Shown here: piece by piece, positions 17,925-28,300 of the stretch
Layout of the letters: the number at the start of each line of letters is the position of its first letter
Numbering within the stretch: position 1 is the stretch's first letter
Source: Magnetococcales bacterium
GTDB lineage: Bacteria; Pseudomonadota; Magnetococcia; Magnetococcales; DC0425bin3
Direction: 5' to 3'
Assembly (NCBI GenBank): GCA_015228935.1
Contig: JADGCO010000011.1
Location: 1,048 to 65,047, forward strand
Length of the DNA stretch: 64,000 bases
Position numbers and translations under genes: made by a program
The notes under the pieces: generated by a model
What the model was told of the DNA's origin: nothing
The model's input: the letters and a program-made list of their open reading frames with translations, nothing else
The model's database searches: none

Positions 17925-19896
17925 AGAGGTAGCCGGTTGGTGGAAAACGTTGTTGGTGGGTTCTGGCCACTGGGAAGATGCCGATGTGAAAAACCTGTTT
18001 GATCCACCCTGGCCAGTACCTTTGGAAATGCTCTCCCCTGAGAAAGGGGAAGAAATAATGACCCGGATGGTGCAACTATCAGGGGCAGAGAAGAAGGAAA
18101 ATGAGCTGCCTTTTCCCGAGGCTGTGGAATGGCAGCGAGAACCGCTTTTTGCCATGATGGCCGGATATTTGCTGGCAGAAAAAATCCCCTTGCCCAAAAC
18201 CCGTGCCGCCATGGCCATCACTTTGGCCGGGTGGGAGAGTGGCCGTATTGCCAAGTTTGCGGAAAACCCAAAACAGGGAAGGCTTTTAAAGCATTTGGCT
18301 GCCTTTGCCACCTTGTGTGGTGGTTTGGATCAGGCACAACTACGTTCGGTAGCGCTAACAGAAAAGGAGGCCTTGGGTCTCCCTTCGGTGGGAGATCCAG
18401 GAACCCTGGCCGACCTATTGCACCAGGCCTTGCCGGGTCCGCACAATGGCGTCGATGCACTACGCCCGGACATCATGGGGGAAGCCTTGATCCTGGTTGC
18501 CCTGGGTGGTGACAACCCCGTGGATGCTGCGGCAGCCGTGCAACGCGCCTATACCTTGGCCGATAAAAAATGTATCTCATCCCTGATTCGCTGTGGCCAG
18601 GATTTTATTCATGCCGGGTACCAAAAACCCTTCGATTGGCTTGGTGGATTGATTGAGGATCCCAATATTTCCCTGGATATGCTGTGGAGTATTGAACGGG
18701 AACTGCCTCCCAACAGCCTTGGCCTGGATACTTTTGCCGCCAAGATTCAGAAGATAATATTGGGTCGCGTCAAATCGTTGATCACAGATGACAAAACCAA
18801 CGAATCCCTTCTTGTCATGCAAGCACGGGCAGCCAATAACCTGTCAAATTCTTTGGGTAACCTTGGCCAGCGGGAGAGTGCGCTGGAGGCTGTTGAGGAA
18901 GTAGTTCGGATTGATCGTGAATTGTCTGAGCATCATCCTGATGCATTTTTGCCTGATTTGGCATCGTCTCTCAACAACCTTTCTGGAAGATTGAGTGACT
19001 TTGGTCGGCGCAAGGATGCACTGGCAGCCATTGAGGAAGCGGTTCGGATACGCCGTGAATTGTCTGAGAGTCACCCTGACACATTTTTACCTGATTTGGC
19101 ATCGTCACTCAACAACCTGTCCGTCTCTCTGAGTGCCCTTGGCCGGCGCGAGGATGCACTGGAGGCAGCTAAGGAATCGGTTCGGATACGCCGCGAACTA
19201 TCTGAGTATCATCCTGACACATTTTTGCCTGTTTTGGCTTCTTCTCTCAACAACCTGTCTAACAGTTTGAGTGATCTTGGCCGGCACGAAGATGCGCTGG
19301 AGGCTATTGAGGAATCGGTTCGGATCTGTCACGAATTGTCTGAGCATCGTCCAGACGCATTTTTGCCTTATTTGGCTAAGTCGCTCAATAACCTGTCCGA
19401 CAGATTGCACGCCCTTGGCCGGCGCGAAAGAGCGCTAGATGCTATTGAGGAAGCGATCCAGATACGTCGTGCATTGTCGGTACGTCTTCCTGACGCATTC
19501 TTGCCCGATTTGGCCATGTCGCTCAACAACCTGTCCATCTTTCTGAGTACCCTTGGTCGGCACGAGGCTGCGCTGGAAGCTATTGAGGAAGCGGTTCAGT
19601 TCTATCGTGAATTGTCTGCGCGTTTTCCTGACGCATTTTTGCCTTATTTGGCCCAGTCGCTCAACAATCTATCCCTTACATTGATTGACCTTGGCCGGCG
19701 CGAGGATGCGCTAGAAACTGCAGAGGAGGCTGTGATAACCTTGGTACCGAATTTTTTGGATCTGCCGGAGGCTTTTGGGGAAAAGATGGGGATGTATGTG
19801 GGTAATTATGAAAAGGTGTTAAAGGAGTTGGATGCTAATCATAAAGAATATATTATGCCAATATTAATAATGGTCAAAAGACTCTTGCTTAATTGA
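17797..19896 (+). CDS. Continuation of the STAND NTPase (helical/winged-helix region) plus a TPR-like 46-aa repeat array
   Basis: It overlaps the previous ORF by 128 nt in the +1 frame. IPLRILLLER follows the Walker B region as expected for STAND proteins. There are six full units and one partial unit of LNNLSxxLSxLGRxEDALxAIEEAVxIRRELSxxxPDAFLPDLAxS. Confidence 0.75.
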   Translation: MTMLPPMQFIQKWLKQLASYQMQISESKKTIPLRILLLERVAEEVAGWWKTLLVGSGHWEDADVKNLFDPPWPVPLEMLSPEKGEEIMTRMVQLSGAEKKENELPFPEAVEWQREPLFAMMAGYLLAEKIPLPKTRAAMAITLAGWESGRIAKFAENPKQGRLLKHLAAFATLCGGLDQAQLRSVALTEKEALGLPSVGDPGTLADLLHQALPGPHNGVDALRPDIMGEALILVALGGDNPVDAAAAVQRAYTLADKKCISSLIRCGQDFIHAGYQKPFDWLGGLIEDPNISLDMLWSIERELPPNSLGLDTFAAKIQKIILGRVKSLITDDKTNESLLVMQARAANNLSNSLGNLGQRESALEAVEEVVRIDRELSEHHPDAFLPDLASSLNNLSGRLSDFGRRKDALAAIEEAVRIRRELSESHPDTFLPDLASSLNNLSVSLSALGRREDALEAAKESVRIRRELSEYHPDTFLPVLASSLNNLSNSLSDLGRHEDALEAIEESVRICHELSEHRPDAFLPYLAKSLNNLSDRLHALGRRERALDAIEEAIQIRRALSVRLPDAFLPDLAMSLNNLSIFLSTLGRHEAALEAIEEAVQFYRELSARFPDAFLPYLAQSLNNLSLTLIDLGRREDALETAEEAVITLVPNFLDLPEAFGEKMGMYVGNYEKVLKELDANHKEYIMPILIMVKRLLLN
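18832..19740. repeat. 138-bp (46-aa) tandem coding repeat, six full units plus one partial
   Basis: ctcaacaacct recurs at 18970 and 19108, a period of 138, and the protein-level repeat is obvious. Confidence 0.85.
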
Positions 19897-19908
19897 ATTG
19901 ATTGAAGG

Positions 19909-21030
19909 GACCTGTTTCACGTGTAACCTGCCAATAAAACACTGGTGTGAGTGTAATAATATCCCATGAATCCCCATGATCTCGGCTATACCAAACTGTT
20001 TTCACAAGCCCAAATGGTCCAGGACCTGATCAACGGCTTTATCCATGATGAATGGATCAAAGGGCTGGACTTTTCCACCCTGGAAAAAGTCAATCCGGTC
20101 TACGTGAGCGATGATTTTCGCAAACGCATCGATGACCTGGTCTGGAAAATCCGCTGGCAGGGTACAGACAGATGGCTGTACATCTATCTGATCCTGGAAC
20201 CCCAATCCACCGTCGATGACCTCATGGCCCTGCGCACCGATCTCTATACAAAACTCCTCTATCAGGATCTGCGCCAATCCGGAAAAATTCCGCACGGCCA
20301 AAAATTTCCCCCGGTCGCCCCCATCGTGTTGTACAATGGCAAAAGTCGGTGGACAGCCGCCATGGATGTCGCCGACCTGATTGAGGAGTATCCCCCAGGT
20401 CTGGAAATCTGCCGCCCCCGGATGCGCTACCTGCTGATCGATGCGCACCACTACCAGAATGATGTATTGAGTTCGATGCACAATGTGGTGGCAGCACTGT
20501 TCAGATTGGAAAAAAGCCGCACTTTGGAAGATGTCCGGCAGGTGGTTCATGAATTGGATACCTGGCTGAAAAGTCCAGAACAAAAAGAACTGCGCCGGGC
20601 ATTTGCCAGTTGGCTGGGGCAAATCCTGCTGCCAAGACTGTCAAAAACAAATCCCGCCATTCCGGAAACCATCCCGGAAATGAACGACCTGAAGGAGGTT
20701 CATACCATGTTGGCAGAAACCGCTGAAGGATGGACAAGAGAATGGTTGCAGCAAGGACGACAGGAAGGACGACAGGAAGGTAATGCTGCAACGCTGCTGC
20801 GAATCCTGCGCCGTCGTCTCGCCAATCTGCCTGCCTGGGTCGAACCAAAAGTTCATGCTGCCAACCTGGAGACCCTGGACAAGTGGATTGATCGGGCCAT
20901 TGATGCCCGCACATGGCAGGATGTTTTTGATGAGGAGACGTCCGGAGAAATATCCAGATAGACTCCGTTACGTCCCGGCGGCCACCAATATGTATTGGTA
21001 AACAAAAAGGTCTCGAAATTCAAACTCATT
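19909..21030. repeat. Right copy of the ~1.12-kb direct repeat
   Basis: See 15582-16706. The two copies share the same boundaries and a 490-bp identical core. Confidence 0.9.
19966..20961 (+). CDS. Rpn family recombination-promoting nuclease / putative transposase, copy 2
   Basis: 331 aa. The central ~165 aa is identical to copy 1, and the N- and C-terminal ends diverge. Confidence 0.75.
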   Translation: MNPHDLGYTKLFSQAQMVQDLINGFIHDEWIKGLDFSTLEKVNPVYVSDDFRKRIDDLVWKIRWQGTDRWLYIYLILEPQSTVDDLMALRTDLYTKLLYQDLRQSGKIPHGQKFPPVAPIVLYNGKSRWTAAMDVADLIEEYPPGLEICRPRMRYLLIDAHHYQNDVLSSMHNVVAALFRLEKSRTLEDVRQVVHELDTWLKSPEQKELRRAFASWLGQILLPRLSKTNPAIPETIPEMNDLKEVHTMLAETAEGWTREWLQQGRQEGRQEGNAATLLRILRRRLANLPAWVEPKVHAANLETLDKWIDRAIDARTWQDVFDEETSGEISR

Positions 21031-21648
21031 CAAGCCGGTGATGCACAAGCGTCCATTCGAAAATTCAGCCGGATAGCTGGCAGGGATCCGTCCGGAATAT
21101 TGTTCGTTGATATTTTCGAAAACACTGACAGGCCGATAACCTGCGGCGACAAGCATGTTGAGCATTTCGCGAATGGTGAAAAATCGCAGATGAGTTCGGT
21201 CAAGAATGCCACTCTCGGCGTAGGTCCAATGTCCTTCCACGAGACCATGGAGCATGCCGAAATAGCGCACATTGGGAATGCTGGTGATGAGAACACCCCG
21301 GGGTGCCAGAAAAGGCTTCAGACGCAACACAAGCGCCCATGGATCAACAAGATGCTCCAGAACATCCGCACACACAATGGCATCAAACTCCCCCAGTGAA
21401 AAATCCAGGGGCATGCTCGTCACGTCACCCGCATGCACAACATCCAGATATTTTCTGGCAAATTGCGCCGCCTCGGGATTGATCTCGACACCCACCACGC
21501 GGCTGATGCCTCGATCCTTCAACTCCTTGCCAAGCAGACCAGCCCCACAGCCGACATCCAGGACGTTCTGCGCCGATGCCGGAACACACTGAACCACTTC
21601 TGGACGTTCCCGAAAAAAATATTCGCTTACCGTGGGTTCGGATGCCAT
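20968..21648 (-). CDS. Class I SAM-dependent methyltransferase
   Basis: Motif I VLDVGCGAGLLG, an acidic loop VVGVEI and post-I DAIVCADVLEHLVDP. The start at ATG 21648 (MASEPTV) is more likely than the ORF maximum at 21693. Confidence 0.8.
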   Translation of the reverse strand: MASEPTVSEYFFRERPEVVQCVPASAQNVLDVGCGAGLLGKELKDRGISRVVGVEINPEAAQFARKYLDVVHAGDVTSMPLDFSLGEFDAIVCADVLEHLVDPWALVLRLKPFLAPRGVLITSIPNVRYFGMLHGLVEGHWTYAESGILDRTHLRFFTIREMLNMLVAAGYRPVSVFENINEQYSGRIPASYPAEFSNGRLCITGLNEFEFRDLFVYQYILVAAGT

Positions 21649-22375
21649 CTTGAACCACTCCTTCGACCATGGCCGTTCATGCAACGGCTGCACATGAATT
21701 CAACAATGGGATCCATCAATCGATCCAACAAGGCTTTCCATCCCTGCCGGGAACACGGCACACCATTCCCCTGCATCGCCGACCGGGCCAGATACGTATT
21801 CTCCACAGTCACATTTTACGGAGCAACATTATGCCATTCCAGAAGGTGGCATGGCAGTTGTGGGCAGAATAACAGCATGAAGCTCTGGAGATTCGGCAAC
21901 AAATCGAAAGATCATTCCGCACAATACGTGCCAATAATTTCAGACGATACGAACAGCAATCCACTGCATGTCAGGGTCCGCAATGACGTCTTGATTCTGC
22001 CAATCCTGTGTCACCCATGAATCCCCGCTCCTGAAACAATGTTTGGCCAGTGCAATCGCATTTGAAATCCGGCCATTGATCAGACAGGTTTTACACGCCG
22101 TGGAATATTGTACAGTCTCAAACTGTCCTGGAATCGCGGGCATCCTCCCTGCCATTTGCGGACCGGATGCCCGCGCTTCCAGGCAAATTCAGAGGTCAAC
22201 CAACACAAGGAGTCACAATCGCTACCTGAAAGAAATTTGGAATTCAAATGCGATTGCCCAGATGTCAGGCAAAGGGGTTTGAGAAGTCGCGCCGGCTCTG
22301 GTAACGTGACGGGTTCACGCGAGTTGACGGCTGGCCCGACACTCGCTCCAGACCTTCAGCACGAGGAGTCATCCC

Positions 22376-23257
22376 ATGGCAGACACCGAAGGGACCCAGG
22401 ATATCCACGACTACCATCTCGATATTCCGGTCAAAAACCGCCCCTTTCATCTCAAAGGATGCCACGCCCTGGATTGGGGCATGCAAAACCGGCTGGCCAA
22501 TATTTTTGATGCGGTCTCCGGAAAAACCGTCATGCTGGCCGTGGACCATGGCTATTTCATGGGACCCACCACCGGTCTGGAGCGGATGGATGTCAATATT
22601 GTCCCGTTGCTGGCCCATGCCGACACCCTCATGTGTACCCGTGGCATCCTGCGCAGTACCATGCCCTCGACCTTCAGCCGGGGCGTCGTGTTGCGCGCCA
22701 GCGGCGGCCCGAGCATCCTCAAGGAACTCTCCAACGAAGAGATTGCCATGAATATCGAGGATGCCCTGCGCCTGAATGCCTCGGCAGTGGCCGTCCAGGT
22801 GTTCATCGGCGGCGAATTTGAAACCCGCTCCGTCCACAACATGACCCGCCTCGTCGATGTGGGCAATCGCTATGGCATGCCCGTCCTGGGCGTCACCGCC
22901 GTGGGCAAGGAGATGGTCCGGGATGCCAAATACATGCGCCTGGCCAGCCGGATTTGCGCCGAACTGGGAGCGAGCTACGTCAAAACCTACTATGTGGCCG
23001 AAGGGTTCGAAACCGTCACCGCCTCCTGCCCGGTGCCCATCGTCATCGCCGGTGGCAAAAAACAACCGGAACTCGATGCCCTGCGCATGGCCTACAATGC
23101 CATCCAGCAAGGTGCCGCCGGCGTGGACATGGGACGCAATATTTTCCAGGCCGACGCCCCCACCGCCATGATCCTGGCCGTGCGCAAAGTGGTCCATGAA
23201 GGAATCAGACCGGAAGAAGCCTTCAATTATTATAACTCGCTGAAGGCCAAAGGCTGA
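22376..23257 (+). CDS. DhnA/LsrF-type class I aldolase family protein (LsrF-like thiolase/aldolase)
   Basis: Near-colinear with E. coli LsrF as I recall it: FxLKGCxALDWGMQxRL, [17 protein letters not shown], [19 protein letters not shown]. Confidence 0.75.
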   Translation: MADTEGTQDIHDYHLDIPVKNRPFHLKGCHALDWGMQNRLANIFDAVSGKTVMLAVDHGYFMGPTTGLERMDVNIVPLLAHADTLMCTRGILRSTMPSTFSRGVVLRASGGPSILKELSNEEIAMNIEDALRLNASAVAVQVFIGGEFETRSVHNMTRLVDVGNRYGMPVLGVTAVGKEMVRDAKYMRLASRICAELGASYVKTYYVAEGFETVTASCPVPIVIAGGKKQPELDALRMAYNAIQQGAAGVDMGRNIFQADAPTAMILAVRKVVHEGIRPEEAFNYYNSLKAKG

Positions 23258-23292
23258 TCCAGCCTGGCCTGCCGTCCCATCAAGGAAGAAAC

Positions 23293-25371
23293 ATGGACAA
23301 TCGCTGGTCGGAACAGGAAGCGGCAGAGTGCCGGCACACATGGGGTTCACGCTGGGGTGAACCCCTCGCCTTGCGTACCTATGCCAGTCGTCTGCTGGGA
23401 CAAAATGAGCAGCTCGTTCTCCACGGAGGCGGCAACACCTCGGTCAAAACCACCCTGCCGGATCTGTTGGGGCAGGAAAGGCCGGTCCTGTTCGTCAAGG
23501 GATCCGGCCTGGATCTGGCCACCATCTCCCCGGCAGGTCATGTCGGGCTGAAACTGGCATTTCTCCAGCAATTGCGCCAGTTGCCGGCCCTGGCAGATGG
23601 TGCCATGCTCAATGTCCTGCGCACCCATGCCCTGGATGCCGATGCGCCGGCTCCTTCCATCGAGGCCTTGTTGCACGCCTTTTTGCCCCCCAGATATATC
23701 GACCACACCCACGCCGATGCCATCCTGGCCCTGACCAATCGAACCGATGCGCTCCAGGCCATTCAGGCCGCCCTGGGAGATGCCGTCATCATCCTCCCCT
23801 ATGTGCATCCGGGTTTTGCGCTGGCCAAGGCCGCAGATGCCGCCTTTGCCGCCCACCCCGGCAAACGGGGCATGATCCTGATGCACCATGGCCTGCTCAC
23901 CTGGGGTGCAACCGCCGCAGAGTCCTACCAGGCCACCATCGATCTCGTCACCCGGGCCGAAATCTGGCTGGAAAAACAACGCCAAAAACCACTCTGCCCA
24001 ATCCCTGCAAACCCCCTGGATTCCCGTGAGCGCTATCGGGAAATCGCCCCACGATTGCGGGGTTTGCTGGCCCGCCCGTCCGGCAATCCCGATCAACCCC
24101 ATCGGCGGGTCATTCTGCGGGTCCAGAACGACCAGTCAACCCTGGAATTATTGCAGGTGCCGCATGCCCGGGAAATCGCCCTGACCCCGCCCCTGACCAC
24201 CGATCACCTGATCCGCACCAAATCCCTCCCCCTGTGGTGCCCGGATCCTGCCGATCTGGTAGCCGGGATTGCGGCCTACACCGAGGCCTATACAGCCTAT
24301 TGGCAACGCCATGCCGCACGCGCCGCACCCGGGACCGAGCCATTTGATCCATTGCCCCGGGTGATTCTCATGCCCCAGGTGGGCGTCGTCTGCGTGGGGG
24401 GCGATGCCCGGGAAGCCGATATCGCCCGGGAAATTACCCTTCACACCCTGGCCGTGAAACATCTGGTGGCCGCCGGTGGAACCTATGCCGGATTGCCGGA
24501 AGATGCCCTCTTCGACATGGAGTACGAACCCCGGCAACTCGCCAAGTTGCAACAACATCAACCCCTCCCCCTGACCCGTACCGTGGCCCTGGTGACCGGG
24601 GCTGCCGGGGCCATCGGCTCGGGAATCTGTCGGGTTCTTCTGGAACAGGGTGCCCATGTGGCCGCCACCGATCTGCCTGGCGACCATCTGGACTCACTGG
24701 TGCGACTGTTGGCTCCGGAGTTTGCCGGGCGCATCGTGGGCGTGCCCATGGATGTCACGGATCCGGCGGGAGTCCGGGCCGCCTTTGCCACGATCAGTGA
24801 AACCTGGGGCGGGGTCGATCTCGTCGTGATCAACGCCGGTCTGGCCCATGTGGCACCGCTCGCCAAAATGGATCCAGAAGATTTTCGCCGGGTGGCCCGG
24901 GTCAATATCGAGGGGACCCTCAACCTGCTGACCGCCACGTCTCAGCACATGAAGCAGCAAGGGACGGGCGGCGATATCATCCTGATCTCCACCAAGAATG
25001 TGTTTGCCCCCGGGGCGCAGTTCGGGGCCTACAGCGCCACCAAGGCCGCATCCCATCAACTGGCCCGGGTGGCCACTCTGGAACTGGCAGAACTGGGCAT
25101 TCGAGTCAACATGGTCTCGCCCGATGCGGTTTTTGCGGACGGCGAGCGACGTTCCGGCCTGTGGGCCACCGTCGGCCCGGATCGCATGCGTGCCCGGGGA
25201 CTTGACGAGCAGGGTCTCGAAGAGTATTACCGCAGCCGCAATCTGTTGAAGGCCCGCATTACCGCGACTCATGTCGGGCGGGCCGTCCTGTTTCTGGCTA
25301 CCCGTCAGACCCCCACCACCGGTGCGACCATACCCGTGGACGGGGGGTTGCCTGACGCCACCCCACGCTGA
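23293..25371 (+). CDS. Bifunctional class II aldolase/adducin-domain plus short-chain dehydrogenase protein
   Basis: The N-terminal ~400 aa is aldolase_II-like. The C-terminal SDR has TGAAGAIGSG and the catalytic YSATK. Confidence 0.75.
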   Translation: MDNRWSEQEAAECRHTWGSRWGEPLALRTYASRLLGQNEQLVLHGGGNTSVKTTLPDLLGQERPVLFVKGSGLDLATISPAGHVGLKLAFLQQLRQLPALADGAMLNVLRTHALDADAPAPSIEALLHAFLPPRYIDHTHADAILALTNRTDALQAIQAALGDAVIILPYVHPGFALAKAADAAFAAHPGKRGMILMHHGLLTWGATAAESYQATIDLVTRAEIWLEKQRQKPLCPIPANPLDSRERYREIAPRLRGLLARPSGNPDQPHRRVILRVQNDQSTLELLQVPHAREIALTPPLTTDHLIRTKSLPLWCPDPADLVAGIAAYTEAYTAYWQRHAARAAPGTEPFDPLPRVILMPQVGVVCVGGDAREADIAREITLHTLAVKHLVAAGGTYAGLPEDALFDMEYEPRQLAKLQQHQPLPLTRTVALVTGAAGAIGSGICRVLLEQGAHVAATDLPGDHLDSLVRLLAPEFAGRIVGVPMDVTDPAGVRAAFATISETWGGVDLVVINAGLAHVAPLAKMDPEDFRRVARVNIEGTLNLLTATSQHMKQQGTGGDIILISTKNVFAPGAQFGAYSATKAASHQLARVATLELAELGIRVNMVSPDAVFADGERRSGLWATVGPDRMRARGLDEQGLEEYYRSRNLLKARITATHVGRAVLFLATRQTPTTGATIPVDGGLPDATPR

Positions 25372-25380
25372 TTGCCACCC

Positions 25381-28300
25381 ATGCAGCCAAAACACCCCCG
25401 TGCGCGGGAGTTTATCCAGAAGGGCCTGTTCAACGACCTGACCGCCTTTTCCCAGTTGGAGGACCGCATCAGCGTTCTGGTGGATCCCTGGGCACAGCAG
25501 GCGGCTTTCGAGGTGTTTGCCGAGGCCTATCTGGCCACCCGCCGCCTGGTCCTGGTCAAGGAAATCCAGCCGCGCCTGCCGGTGGAACCGGGACCGCCCG
25601 GACCGGACGGCTGCATCGATACACCCTGGGGCGACCGGGTGGGGTATCGGGTCATCTTTCGTGCCGACCGCAAGCCTCCCCAACGCAAGGATCTGGCCTT
25701 TTTTCTGGAAGAGACCCCCGAGGCCTGGTGGCAACGGCTCCTGATCTGCAATGGACCGGCGGAGCTGCCCACTGCCCTGAACAACCGGCCCGATTTCTGG
25801 CGCATTGCCCGCCCGGATCTGGAACGCCTGGCTGGCGAGGATTTCCAGACCCTGCGCCGCTGGTTCATGGGGGGCGGGCTGCCGACCGACCGGGAAATCA
25901 TCCCGCTCCACCAGGAACGCATTCTGGTCCAGGTTGCCGAAGCCAAAGCCACCCAGGAAAAAAATACCCTCATCCTGCCGGGCATTGCGGAAGAAGGTTC
26001 CCTGCTCCGGCGTCTCTGTCTGCAAAACAGCGGGACCGAACTGGTCCTGGTACTCGTGCGAACCCTGGCCCGCCTGCGGGCGATCATCCGCACCTGGCAG
26101 GAGCAGGGCGAGTGGTCCACACTCTCGGTTCTGGTGGCCTGCCAGGAGCCCCTGACCACCCGGTTGCCCGACCATCCCCTGTTGCGCCATACGGATCTGG
26201 ATTTTCCCTTGTTGGACAAGCCGGAAACCTTGCGCCGCTTTCTGGGGTGGCGTTTCCATGGCACCCGGGTGCTGCTGACGACGCATGGTTCTCTGCCCCT
26301 GGTTCGCGAGGCCCTGGCGGGCCTGCCCCCGGCGGAACTGGCCATTGTCGAGGATGCCTGGAACGTGGCCTCGCAGCCGGAAACAACCGCCTGGGATCTG
26401 CCTGCCACCAAGCGCCTGTTCCTGGCCCCGCTTCCCAGCCGACACGATCCGGACCGTATGGATCGGGACGGCGAGTCACGCCGTCTCTTTACCCTGGAGG
26501 ATGCCAGTCGTTTCGGTCGCCTTCTGGAGCCGCTCGCCGCCAATCCCCCCCCCCGGGAAGAGGGATGGCGGGCCATCAAGGTCGTGCTGGTCGGTCTGGC
26601 CGATCCATTTTCGCCCTGGGGCGATCTGCAACGGGCCTTGGCGGTCTGTGGCGTGCGCAAGGTGTTGACGTTTCATGATTCCCTGGAAGATGCCCGCGGA
26701 TTTGCACGCTTGATCGGCGGGGACTCCGGCTGGCAGAGTCTCTACATCGACGCCACCATGTCCGAAGCCTTGCAACAACGCATTCTGACCAGTTTTCGGG
26801 AAGCCGGCGGCTCGACTCTCCTGGCCAGTCATCGCGCCATGATTGCCGGTTTGGGAATTCCAGCGGCAGACGCGGCGGTCTTTTTTCCATCGGTGCGCAA
26901 GGATGCCTGGGAAACCTGGAGTGCGGTCTGGGGGGCTTTCCGGACCCCGGATCCCGGCAGGAGTACGCCCGGTTGGCTGTTGTTGCCGGTGGTATCGGGT
27001 CCCTCGCTGGCCGAGGGCATCACTGCCGATACCATGCCCGGTTTCTGGCGAATTCTGGAAACCATCCGCGATGTGGATGTCCATTTGCGGCGGCGGTTGC
27101 GGCAGGCCAGAATCCAATTGGGCCGCACCGGGACCTGGGATCAGACCACTCTCATGGAACGCATCGGTCGCATCGATCCCGGCGGCGTTCCCGGCGATCT
27201 GACACCGGAACTGGCCGACATTCTGATGCGCCGTCTCACGACGCTCTGGGATCAACATTATGGTGCCCTGCTCGGTCTCAGGGAACAGCATGGCGACCTT
27301 ACCGGAGAGTATCGTTTTGACGCCGATTTGCAGCAGTGGATCAAAAATCAACGCCTGCTCCGCAAAAAAAACGCCTTGTCTCCGGAACGCATGCAACTCC
27401 TCGACGGGCTAGGTTTCATCTGGGATCCGGAGCGGGCACGCTGGGAGCAGATGCGTCAACGTTTGCTGGCTTACAAGGAGCGTCGGGGCGATGCCAACGT
27501 GCCCCAGGTGTTGGCCGAAGACCCGGAACTGGCCCGCTGGGCACTTGAGCAACGCAAAAACTGGAAGAGCCAAACCCTGGAACCGGATCGGATCGCCAGC
27601 CTGGATCTGCTTGGTTTTGTCTGGGATCCAGAGGCGGCGCATTGGGCTGAGATGCGGGAACATTTGATGCGTTTCCGGGAACAAACCGGTCATGCCGATG
27701 TCCCGATTCCCTGCCCCGAAGACCCTGCCCTGGCGGTCTGGGTGACAGAGGTCCGTCGCAAGTGGCGCAAACATGAATTGACTGCCGAGGCTTTGGCGGA
27801 TTTGACCGCTCTCGGCTTCATCTGGGATCCCGAGGAGGTGGCCTGGGAAGGGATGCTCGCCCATTTGGCCGCCTGGCGGGCCACTGCCGGGCATGCCCGC
27901 ATCACCGATCCTTTTCCGGCGGATCTGCCTCTTGGTCGCTGGGCCGAAGAGCAGCGGCGTGCCCTGCGCAAGGGGCGTCTGACCGATTCCCGCCGCCAGC
28001 GTCTCGATAAACTTGAGTTTGTCTGGGATCTGGAAGCCGATGCCTGGGAAACCCTGTTTCGCACCCTGCAACGGTCGTTGCCGACCGAGGGTCCTTTTCC
28101 GTCCACCTGGCCGGGTCAGCCGGAACTGGCCGACTGGATTGCCCGGCAATGCCGCATGTGGAAAAGCGGGCGTCTGGATCCCACCCGGCAAGCCCGGTTG
28201 GACTCCCTGGGCATCATCTGGGATCCCGAGCGGCGGGAGTGGGAGAACCAGTTTGTCGAACTGGAGCGTTTTCGCAATCAATTTGGACATGTTCATGTGC

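Noticed and set aside
21433-22020. A 195-aa plus-strand ORF upstream of and overlapping the methyltransferase gene.
   Set aside because: Its 5' half is antisense to the methyltransferase N-terminus, and the remainder has no motif and poor coding appearance.
24694-26445. A 583-aa minus-strand ORF. Similar long antisense ORFs occur at 22265-23350, 27409-28596, 25527-26660, 1261-2196, 2218-3432, 35325-36554, 36922-38139, 45814-47094, 47919-49472, 50334-51299, 53118-53801 and 54574-55632.
   Set aside because: Each lies opposite a gene with strong family signatures (SDR/aldolase, HA-repeat protein, mshE, hscA, gatA, flgI, flgA/flgG, mazG, sat and others). They translate to low-information, Gly/Arg/Pro/His-rich sequence.
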